Below, piece after piece: positions 12,914 through 23,343 of a stretch of 64,000 bases of DNA (the stretch's first letter is position 1; the number at the start of each line of letters is the position of its first letter). Below the pieces are notes generated by a model. The model had not been told where the DNA came from, searched no databases, and saw nothing but the letters and a program-made list of their open reading frames with translations. Location: positions 156,304,001-156,368,000 of the forward strand of contig NC_058368.1 in NCBI RefSeq assembly GCF_018350175.1, given 5' to 3'. The position numbers and the translations under genes were made by a program. Origin of the DNA: Felis catus (lineage: Eukaryota).

Positions 12914-14280
12914 ACACATGCTTTCTAAGGAATTCTTGTATCTGTGATTAAAGTAAAAAGTTTATGTTATTTGAATATTTAAAAAATATACATGATTCAT
13001 TTCCATATACTTTAAATAATTTCTTAGCTATATCTGTCTCTCACAGATACTTTTCTGAGAAAAGTATTTTTCATGATTATATATTTTTTATATTTTTCTA
13101 AACTGCATTTTAGGGTTGGTAAATTGTAAATTGTTGATACCTGTATAGTCTCCCTCAGGTGTTAAGTTACTTGGTAAATTTATTAAGTTCACAGCAAATT
13201 TTACTAAATGGAAAATATCCTCAGTTTGAATTTTTATTAATAAAATATATTAATACTTAGCCTAAATGTTCTTAAAGGTAGTGGTTTGGGCTCTTTGTAT
13301 ATATATTTTTTCCTCCATGGAGACTATGATCAATAAACAAAACTCAAATACATATAAATTAAATTTCTGAAATTAAAAAAACCTCATCACGTATTTATGA
13401 TTAGTTTCAATGTTGTGCTAAACTTAGATGCTGCAGGCTTTCTCAGTTCAACTATACTCTGAACTAGAATATCAATTTATCCAATTAAAAATATAAACTC
13501 CATCAAAAGATGTTTCTTATTAGTCTGCATATTTCAAAACACAATTATGGAATTTCACAATTAAATCTTGTAGACCATTTGAGTTCTCATCATTTCATTT
13601 GTTCAGTCTTCCCTTTAATTTCATAGGGATACATTTCATGGTCTTCCTATTTATTTGTGAGCATTGGTTTCAATTCAATTCCCTAAATGCATCATATAAA
13701 ATTGATTTTTTTTTTGCCTACCATTTGTTGAACACTCTGATTAAAGATTTCATATAGATTTTAAAGAAAATGAAACAAAAAATTTAGAGGGTAATGTTAC
13801 AAGAGTATTTAATACCATGATAAGCACTTAAAGTCAATTTCCAATTGACTGAAATTCTTCAAAGTTTCGAATATTTCTAAATCCAAAAATAAAAAGTGTA
13901 TACTGCCATGCTTAAGTTATTTTTATTTTCTTCAACAGCAGTCTAATCATAAAAAGTTAAGGCTGGTTATCTTGTGTATAAACATATTTGTCTTTTTGAC
14001 AACTACATCTCCTATTTAGATAGGTAAATTTACAGAGTATTTGGGGTATAATTATGAGTTACCATGGCATCACAACATATTCCAAGTATAGGTTCTCTTC
14101 ATAGGTTCTATATTTATTTAAATTTTTTATGGTGTTGTGTTCTACTACAACATATTTTTAATATCACTAAGACCAAAAAATTTTATCATGTTGCAGTTTG
14201 GAATTCAATTTATAGTAGGATCCACAATAATAACAAGTATTTCACTGTTTAGAGAATGAACGTCTAAATGCTTTACTTTT

Positions 14281-14476
14281 GGGGCACCTGGGAGGTTCAG
14301 TCGGTTAAGCCTCTGACTCTTGGTTCGGCACAGGTCATGTCTTATGGATGGTGAGATCAAGCCCCGTGTCAGGCTCTGTGCTAACAGTGTGGAGCCTGCT
14401 TGGGATTGTCTCTCTCCTTTCCTTTCTGCCCCTTCCCAGCTCTCTCTCTCTCTCTCCTTAAAAATAAATATTTTTT
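14281..14476 (+). mobile_element. Can-SINE whose tail continues at 15885-15914 after an L1 insertion
   Basis: SINE head and body; TSD taaatgct(t/c)tacttt at 14265-14279 and 15915-15929. Confidence 0.9.
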
Positions 14477-14477
14477 T

Positions 14478-15869
14478 TGGCACAAAAACAGACACATAGA
14501 CCAATGGAATAGAATAGAAACCCCAGAAGCAGACCCACAAACGTATGGCCAACTAATCTTTGACAAAGCAGGAAAGAACATCTAATGGAAAAAAGACAGT
14601 CTCTTTAACAAATGATGCTGGGAGAGCTGGACAGCAACATGCAGAAGGTTGAAACTAGACCACTTTCTCACACCATTCACAAAAATAAACTCAAAATGGA
14701 TAAAGGACCTGAATGTGAGACAGGAAACCATCAAAACCCTAGAGGAGAAAGCAGGAAAAGACCTCTCTGACCTCAGCCGTAGCAATCTCTTACTTGACAC
14801 ATCCCCAAAGGCAAGGGGATTAAAAGCAAAAATCAATTACTGGGACCTTATAAAGATAAAAAGCTTCTGCACAGCAAAGGAAACAACCAACAAAACTAAA
14901 AGGCAACCAACGGAATGGGAAAAGATATTTGCAAATGACATATCAGACAAAGGGCTAGTATCCAAAATCTATAAAGAGCTCACCAAACTTCACACCCGAA
15001 AAACAAACAACCCAGTGAAGAAATGGGCAGAAAACATGAATAGACACTTCTCTAAAGAAGACATCCAGATGGCCAACAGGCACATGAAAAGATGTTCAGC
15101 ATCGCTCCTTATCAGGGAAATACAAATCAAAACCACACTGAGATATCACCTCACGCCAGTCAGAGTGGCCAAAATGAACAAATCAGGAGACTATAGATGC
15201 TGGAGAGGATGTGGAGAAACGGGAACCCTCTTGCACTGTTGGTGGGAATGCAAATTGGTGCAGCCGCTCTGGAAAACAGTGTGGAGGTTCCTCAGAAAAT
15301 TAAAAATAGACCTACCCTATGACCCAGCAATAGCACTGCTAGGAATTTACCCAAGGGATACAGGAGTGCTGATGCATAGGGCCACTTGTACCCCAATGTT
15401 CATAGCAGCACTCTCAACAATAGCCAAATTATGGAAAGAGCCTAAATGTCCATCAACTGATGAATGGATAAAGAAATTGTGGCTTATATACACAATGGAG
15501 TACTACGTGGCAATGAGAAAGAATGAAATATGGCCCTTTGTAGCAACATGGATGGAACTGGAGAGTGTGATGCTAAGTGAAATAAGCCATACAGAGAAAG
15601 ACAGATACCGTATGTTTTCACTCTTATGTGGATCCTGAGAAACTTAACAGAAACCCATGGGGGAGGGGAAGGAAAAAAAAAAAGAGGTTAGAGTGGGAGA
15701 GAGCCAAAGCATAAGAGACTGTTAAAAACTGAGAACAAACTGAGGGTTGATGGGGGGTGGGAGGGAGGGGGTGGGTGGGTGATGGGTATTGAGGAGGGCA
15801 CCTTTTGGGATGAGCACTGGGTGTTGTATGGAAACCATTTTGACAATAAATTTCATATATTGAAAAAAT
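14478..15869 (+). mobile_element. Young 5'-truncated feline L1 (ORF2 C-terminal 329 codons open, plus 3'UTR)
   Basis: ORF 14649-15638 is the L1 ORF2 C-terminus; G-rich 3'UTR and AATAAA; TSD aaataaatatttttt at 14462-14476 and 15870-15884. Confidence 0.97.
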
Positions 15870-16398
15870 AAATAAATATTTTTTAAAAATAAACTACAAT
15901 AAATAGGTAAAAAATAAATGCTCTACTTTAATTTCATGAATTAGACATGAAACTTAAACCATTATTGGAATTAATTAATCTTTTATTAGAAATATCCAAT
16001 GATACTGATTTAAAATTGGCATTATTTAACTGTTGATAAGGTTCTATTAACGGAGCCAACACATTAATAGTTACTGATTCACCTTTCTTATATGAACAAG
16101 AAGACCTGTAACTGAAAATGAGAGAAGTTAACTTAGAAGAACCACTTGACCTAAATAAAAAGTAAAGTTTCACAGAGTGGCACACAAATGTACCTTCTGC
16201 AGGTGAGTTATTAAATGTAGCATTTTCAGGCACAATCTTAAAATACGACTGTGCAATAGATGTTGCTGATTCATCAGCAGAAGCATGTGTTCTTATTTTC
16301 ATGTGATCATTGATGTCATTATAGCCCCCATAGTTTGAGTTACACATTATTTCAACTCCATAAGTTAAACAAAATTCCGTGCTGTTCAATGTGCACTG

Positions 16399-16441
16399 CT
16401 GTGTGTGTGTGTGTGTGTGTGTGTGCGTGCGTGTGTGTGTG
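16399..16441 (+). repeat. (TG)n microsatellite
   Basis: TG run with tgcg interruptions. Confidence 0.95.
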
Positions 16442-17388
16442 CATGCATGTTGTGTTTGAAATCAATGCCACCAAAAGGGTTATTACAAAATAAAAATGTG
16501 TTACTCAACAATAAAAGTAGTTGTAGATTTATGATACATGATAAAAAAACTTGTGGCAATAGATTTCAGGCTGCATTCACTCTATTGGCGAGACTGAACA
16601 AAGGCTGGCAAATGTCGTGCAACCCATTGGCAAGGGCATGGGCTGAGCACCAAGTGGCTGACATATCAAGTGTCCAGCAGAAGGAGCAGCATCAAATACT
16701 TCTGCCACCACCACCACCCAAAGCCTGAAAAAGTTAGCTGTACCTAACTGCTCATGCCAGAGCACATTCATTTTATCAGCAAGCACCCTCATGTTACCCT
16801 TGAAAAAGGTGTGTTAAGCTATTATTACTTCCAGAAAGGATGTGGAAAAGGGAAATGGGAGATTGCCAACTTAATCATATGGTAAAGTGAGAATTTCGTT
16901 TAGTACACTGGAATCTCACATATGAGATTATGTCAGAATGTAGAAATACAAAATATAGGTCTACCTAAACCTAAGCTGGTTTACATGCAACTATTAAATA
17001 ATACTTTATTCAAAAATGAAAAATCGGAGACAAATGCTAAACCAGATGAAATACTAGGACAAAAGGCATAAATTGAGACTATCTTGGGCAAACTCGATAT
17101 ATGATATGTTATCACTATATGTAATATTTTAAGTAAAAATATAACTCAAGTAAAAGAACTTATGTACATATAAAAATGATAATCTAGCTCTGTATGGCAT
17201 GACATAAAAAGATTCCAAAGAGCTGCATTATTTCATTAAAAAAATAATAAGTTGTAGAACTACATATATAGCATGATATAGTTAAAATGCTTTTGAAAAA
17301 AAACAAATCATCCCAAAATATCACGAACGATAGTCAACAAGCTAGTAACAGTGCTAATCTATGGGCAATGGAACTAAAATGGGACAGG

Positions 17389-17625
17389 AACCCATGGGGG
17401 AGGGGAAGGAAAAAAAAAAAAAACAGGTTAGAGTGGGAGAGAGCCAAAGCATAAGAGACTCTTAAAAACTGAGAACAAACTGAGGGTTGATGGGGGGTGG
17501 GAGGGAGGAGAGGGTGGGTGATGGGTATTGAGGAGGGCACCTTTTGGGATGAGCACTGGGCGTTGTATGGAAACCAATTTGTCAATAAATTTCATATTAA
17601 AAAAATAAATAAATAAAAAATAAAA
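17389..17625 (+). mobile_element. Very short young feline L1 (3'UTR only)
   Basis: Nearly identical to 15652-15870; TSD taaaatgggacagg at 17375-17388 and 17626-17639. Confidence 0.95.
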
Positions 17626-17733
17626 TAAAATGGGACAGGGAAAAAAGAAATTTTTACTCTTAGTAACTTCCTTTATCTATCTGAACTTATAATGAGCATG
17701 TCTTAATTCTGACACAAAAAGCAAAAACAAATT

Positions 17734-17970
17734 TGGGTCACTGGGGTGGCTCAGTCAGCTAAGCGTCTGACTCTTGATTTCAGCTCAGATCACGATCTCA
17801 TGGTTTGGTTCAAGACATGGAGCCCTACATTGGGTACCTGCACTGACAGCATGCAGCCTGCTAGGGATTCTCTCTCTGCCCCTCTCCCCAACTCCCACAC
17901 ACATTCTCTCTCTCTCTCAAAATAAATAAATTTGAAAAAAAATGGAAAAAAAATTAAAAATACAAAAAAT
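17734..17970 (+). mobile_element. Can-SINE
   Basis: gtggctcagtcagctaagcgtctgactcttg head and tail. Confidence 0.88.
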
Positions 17971-18389
17971 ACTGCATTAGATAATTTAGTATCAACTGAA
18001 TGGTTCAAGTAACAAATGACCTAGAATCCTGCAGTGGGAAGTTCCTTCGAGGCAGATGGAGATAGAGAAGTCAAGCCACCAAGAAAAAGTAAGATAAAGG
18101 CATTTCCTGAAGGTGGGAGCCCAGTGATCTTCTAAAATCTACAGCCTCCCAGGCTCCACAGTTGAAGACATTTAATCTCTCACCATATGTAGGTTGAAGC
18201 CTTCTCCTAATCTGGAATGATCCAACAAGTAGTGAAGAGAGGACATAAGAAGCCTTAGCCAGACAGTTAACTTGAGAAGTAAATAATGAGTTTGTCTCCT
18301 GCTCATTTCTATTCTCTTCCAGAACCTGGACTCTTCTTAATAACTTGCTTATTACCAATATATAATTAGGTCCCCATGTTTTGTTCTGT

Positions 18390-18590
18390 CTTGCTTTGTT
18401 TTTGAGAGAGCGCATGTGCGTGGATGTAGGCATGAGTGGGGAAGGGGCAGAGAGACAGAGAATCCTAAATAGGCTCTATGCCCACCTTGAGGTGGAGTTG
18501 GGGGGAGGGTGAGGTCTTTTGCAACACCATTAGATCAGGACCTGAGCCAAAATCAAGAGTCACTTAACCAACTGAGCCACCCAGGTGCCC
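18390..18590 (-). mobile_element. Can-SINE
   Basis: Ends actgagccacccaggtgccc. Confidence 0.85.
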
Positions 18591-18804
18591 TGAGGTTCCC
18601 ATCTTGAGGTTTCTTTGTATGTACTAGGACACATTCCTAAACTCCAGCCACAACTACCTGCTCCAGATTCATGAACCACCACCAAGAGGGGCCCCTGGTA
18701 ATTAAAGTGATTAGAACATCCCTAGAGCATAAATGGGACTGTTTGGGCAAGACAGAGCAGAAAACTCACAGATGAAAATAGTGAAAAATAAAACCAAACA
18801 GGTA

Positions 18805-18900
18805 TGGGGCACCTGACTCGCTTAGTCAGTAGAGCATGTAACTCTTGATCTCAAGGTCATGAGTTCAAGCCCCTAGAACGTACTTAAAAAAAAAAAAAAA
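18805..18900 (+). mobile_element. Can-SINE, short form
   Basis: ggggcacctgactcgcttagtcagtagagc...gttcaagccc and A tail. Confidence 0.85.
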
Positions 18901-20211
18901 TTGAAAAGGTATGCTAAGGTTTTTTTTCCTCTAGAAGGAAAATATTTGGGCTTTATTTTGTAAATCCTATACAAAATAGGGAGTCAGAGTGTTTTTGTTT
19001 TTTCTTGTGTTTTTTTCTTTTTCTTTGTTTTTTTTTTTTGTGTGTTTTACTAAGGCAGTACCTAACTAATGTTGTATAAATATTTGTCAGTGTTAAGATG
19101 AGAGAACAGAGGCAGGAAGAACAATTAAGATAGTGAATTAACCCACATGAAGGTGATGATGAATAGGAAGAGGATGATGGGCCATGAGAAAAGGAAAGAT
19201 GGTTTTTGAAATGACTTTCCAGAGTATAAAACTTGGGTTGCTGAATGAGGCAGGCAAGTATAGCTGAGAGAAAACCAGGCAGGTGTCACATGTCCCAGGT
19301 ACATGTGTCACATGTCCCAAGCTTGGATTTTAGACCCAAGTCATTAGAGAAACCAAACAGGACAATATGAAAATTATAAAGGCACCATAAGAGATAGGAG
19401 ATGTGTGGATGTGTCATTAGAAGCTAGCAAAGAGTGAAAGCCAAGGTGTGGGTATTCCTGGGCAATAAAACTCAGGGCAGGAAAAAACTAATTGTAAAAA
19501 GATGGGCATCAAACAGAGCAGGGCATGCTTGCTGTCAAGGGCTCTTACAGCCTTGCTGAAGGCAGTTATAGATACCATCTAGTGCATGTCCATGCTAGCC
19601 TTTGAGGAGCTAGCTGAGGGGTGGGTCACTACCATGGTCACCCATATGTTTTCTACTGGTTGGGGCATAAGGATAGACAAATGAGAAGGAGCTAAATTAT
19701 TACAAAGGAAATTCTGAAACTTTAATCTGGATGAAGTTATGAATAGATATAAAATATAGGAGGTAAATGGTAGTTTTACACAGCAAATGTAGTTTTACAC
19801 AGATGATTTTGAGTGTATTATACAAATGGAAATGTCCAGAGTAGAGATGGAGGCGATATATGAGGTGAATGCGTGAGAAAACATATCATTAACAATGTCC
19901 CACTGAAGTGTGGAATACCAAGACTCAGTATCTTAAAAAATTTTTGGATTATGATTCACAGGTTAAAAAGTACTTGTGTGCTCTCTCTAAAATAAGTGCA
20001 TTGCAAACTCATGTGTATGTGTGCACATACTCATCTTAAACATAGGTTTCATGAACCACTACTGATCCTTAATTCTTGCTTTGATTTCTATTCTCTATTC
20101 TACTCCTTTTTCTTTCTTCATTTTTATTTATTTTTTAATGCACCCACAGCCTCTAGAATGATTTAAGCACCTGCATTTTGGCTTAAAGATTTTTAGATTA
20201 AAGAGAGACCT

Positions 20212-20430
20212 TGGGGATGTCTCGGTGGCTCAATCAGTTAGATATCTACCTCTTAATTTCAGCTCAGGTCTTGAGGTTCATGGGATGGAGCCTCACTTTG
20301 GGCTCCGGGCTGACAATGCACAGCTTGCTTGGGATTCACTCTCTCCCTCTCTCTCTTTGCCCCTCCCCCACTCTTGGGTGGGCTCTCAGTGCTGGTGTTC
20401 TTTCTCTCTCAAGATAAACTTTTTTTTTTT
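20212..20430 (+). mobile_element. Can-SINE
   Basis: Head and body; flanking aaagagacctt-like repeat. Confidence 0.85.
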
Positions 20431-20639
20431 TAAAGAGACCTTTGTGATCATTTTGTAGAACCATCCATAAAGACATGACTAATCAATCCAGAGGAGATGT
20501 TTTTTTGAGAAAGGGTAAAAAAGAAAAAAAAGCAGAAAATTAAGGACTGGCATGGGACCACTAACAGGGAGTAGAAGAGAACCAAGAAGATAAAGAAAAC
20601 GGAAAAAAATAGCATCAAATTTGTGTCCTTGACTCTATT

Positions 20640-20800
20640 GTAGTGTTTCTTAAAGTGTAGTCCAAGACTAATTGAAGCAGAATTACCCCCGCAACTGTTA
20701 AAAATTCAAATACCTGGGTCTCATCCCAGGCCTTAGTGAATTAAACTCTCTAGGTATGGGTCTTGACATTGGCAATTTAAGTTTCCCAGGGCATTCTTTT
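20640..20800. mobile_element. MER5-like hAT-Charlie MITE
   Basis: tagtgtttcttaaagtgtagtcc...gttaaaaattcaaatacctggg. Confidence 0.6.
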
Positions 20801-21029
20801 CACCAACTATTTTTATCTCAGTGCCTTTCACAAGTCAGCTTTCAAAATGTTACTTTCCAGGAACATGCAATCTCACTTCACATATTAGACACATTCTTGA
20901 AAAGTTAAGGGAGTACCTGCACACTAAACCATTACTCCCCCAGAGCCTATCGTGATTAATTTCAGAATTACATTTCCCCAAAGGAAACAAAGAAGCTTCT
21001 GGAATCTTCAGCCTTTAAACATTCTTTTT

Positions 21030-21198
21030 TCTTTTTTTAAATGTTATTTATTTATTTTTTTCAGAGACAGAGAATCTTAAGCAGGCCCCACACTCATCTG
21101 AACAGAGCCCGATGTGGCTCCATCCCACAACGCTGAGATCATGAACTGAGCCAAAATCAACAGTCAGATGCTGAACAGACTGAGCCAACCAGGCACCT
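21030..21198 (-). mobile_element. Can-SINE
   Basis: Poly-T then ...actgagccaaccaggcacc. Confidence 0.85.
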
Positions 21199-21609
21199 CA
21201 AATATTCTTTATCCACTTAATTTTTCCTCTATTACTTATGCAAGTAGTTGGCCAAATGGATTTACAATTCTCATTATCTTTATTCAGTTTAAAAGCATAC
21301 GTATTTAAGAATTCAATATATTAACATATTTCATTTTTATTTTTACCTGATTTCACTGGACTTAACTGGTTAAGTACCACAATCAAGTGGCCTTTAGCAG
21401 AACTCACAGGCAGGAAGTGCCTCAATGAGATATTTTTCAGAAAAATCCAAATACTGAAGTTTATGGTTTGGACTCTAACAGCAAAGATATCCCTTTATGT
21501 GATGAGCTATGCTAACAACAGTATCTGTCAATTTATTACCAACTGAGAACCAAGAAGTATATGATATGAATCTATTCTATTCTAAGATGGAAATCATAGC
21601 AATATTAAA

Positions 21610-21870
21610 CTACAGTAGCTAACATTTATGCACTTGCTTCATATCTGGCTCTGTTCTAGACCCTCTGCATGGATTACATGGATTACTCATTTCATCATTC
21701 GGATAATCCTGTGAAATAAGAACCATTTTAGACCTCATTTCCCAGATGGTGAAGCTAAGGTACAGACAGCTGTTTAACTTTCCTGAGGTCCCACAAAACT
21801 AGAAATAGGAGCTGACATCCAAACCCCTGCCAGTGGTCTCTAGAATTTGTACTCAAGGCAGTGTGCTTCA
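21610..21870 (-). mobile_element. MIR SINE
   Basis: gctaacatttat...cattttcccagatggtgaagctaagg. Confidence 0.65.
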
Positions 21871-22172
21871 CTGTGCTTGTAAGAAAGTCTCGGGTGTTGG
21901 AGTAGTTAGGTGCTATGGTGGAGAGAAAAGACCTCTTGCCCTTTACACTATGGGATGTCAGCCCCATTTCCTCCCTTCCCCCCCCCCCACTCTTTATACA
22001 ACTGATTTCAAGATAACTTGGGGTCTAACCTCGGATGGCTGCTCATGTTTACTTGTCAGATCTCTTCATAATACACTTTACATATAATAGGAACACCCAA
22101 AACAGCATAAAGATGAGCATTCAGTACTATACTGCAGATAAAAATAGAAATCAGTTAAAAAAATTTTATTCT

Positions 22173-22387
22173 GGGGCACCTGGGTGGCTCAGTTGGTTGA
22201 GCATTCAACTTCTGCTCAGGTCATGATCTCACGGTTCATGGGTTCAAGCCCCGCATTGGGCTCTGTGCTGACAGCTCAGAGCCTGGAGCCTGCTTCAGAT
22301 TCTGTACCTCCCTCTCTCTCTCTCTCCCCTGCCCCACTCACGTTCTTTCTCCCTCTCAAAAATAAATAAACATTAAAAAAAAAAACC
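22173..22387 (+). mobile_element. Can-SINE (SINEC_Fc)
   Basis: Full head and body; flanking taaaaaaattt(t)attctg repeat. Confidence 0.92.
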
Positions 22388-22439
22388 TAAAAAAATTTAT
22401 TCTGCATATATAGAAGGGCAGGAGACCATAGCGGTTTAG

Positions 22440-22790
22440 AACTGTTCTCTCAAAGTTAATAACCTAGGAATCTTGTTAAAAATGTAGATTTTCAGTAGGT
22501 CTGTGATTTTTCATTTCTAACAAGTTCCCAGCTAATGGTGATTCTGCTGGTCCAGGGACCACATTTTGAGTAGTGAGGGTTTTAGAATGCAAGCTTTGGA
22601 GTCACACTACTGGTGTGTGACTTCTAGCTCCATTACTTATTAGTTTTGCAACCTTCTCCTGGGCCTCTACCACATCTGTAAAATAGTAAGATCATTAAAT
22701 TGTTGTAATGAGGATTACATGAGATAATCCATGGATTGTTTACACAACAGTTACTGGCATATAGAAAGCACTCAATAAATATTAACTCTT
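22440..22790. mobile_element. MER5A-like MITE followed by a MIR
   Basis: catttctaacaagttcccag...ccacattttgagtag, then ctttggagtcacac...catctgtaaaat. Confidence 0.6.
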
Positions 22791-23211
22791 AATATTATAA
22801 AAAAAACTATTAAAAACATATATTGTATCCCATTAGAAAGTCATTTATGGAAATGACTGATACAGCAGAAACAATAAATAAAATTCCATCATTCTTTCCC
22901 AGGCAGTTACTGGGACATCACTGTACAATGAAGGACATTTAATACGTAAGTTGGATCCAGCTTTATTAAATACATAAATCTGAAACTGCTCTAAATGAAT
23001 TTGCAAGAAACCAGCTTGGCCTATAATATTTTGTTTTTCTGCAGAGAAATTTTTCACATTGTAGGTATATAGTGAGTTCTGATTCATTTATTTGAATAGC
23101 TTCCTCTGAATTTAGAAACAGCCATTTTTGCTTAAAACTTTTCATTTTTATCAAACAGAAATCAGAATTAGTATTAGTATGAACAATAATCATGATTTTA
23201 AAAATTTGTTC

Positions 23212-23343
23212 AGTGGTGCTTGGCTGGCTCAGTCGGTAGAAAATGCAACCCTAATCTTGGTCTTGGGGTTGGGAGTTTAAGCCTTATGTTGGGTGTAGAG
23301 TTTACTTAGAAATAAATCTTAAAAAAAAAAAAAAAAAAAAAAA
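23212..23343 (+). mobile_element. Can-SINE, short form
   Basis: tggctggctcagtcggtaga head and long A tail. Confidence 0.8.

Larger units (their letters stand above)
13050..17117 (-). mobile_element. Ancient hAT-Blackjack DNA transposon fossil (transposase remnants), interrupted by a SINE, an L1 and (TG)n
   Basis: Minus-strand peptides in hAT order: GGYNDINDHMKIRTH, AEGTFVCHSVK, NVLAPL, VSLDISNK, KVKHLDVHSL, ILGICCDAMVTHN, LKHGSIHFL, EIFNQSVQQMVG, SFDGVYIFNWIN. The terminus at 17050-17117 resembles the MER94/BLACKJACK end. Left boundary uncertain. Confidence 0.8.

Noticed and set aside
14649..15638. 329-aa ORF as a host gene or active L1
   Set aside because: It is a 5'-truncated L1 ORF2 fragment with in-frame stops just upstream and no promoter, ORF1, endonuclease or RT core
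22845..23087. 80-aa minus-strand ORF with an internal acceptor (ctctgcag at ~23039)
   Set aside because: No recognisable homology and no supported upstream exon; length is within chance expectation
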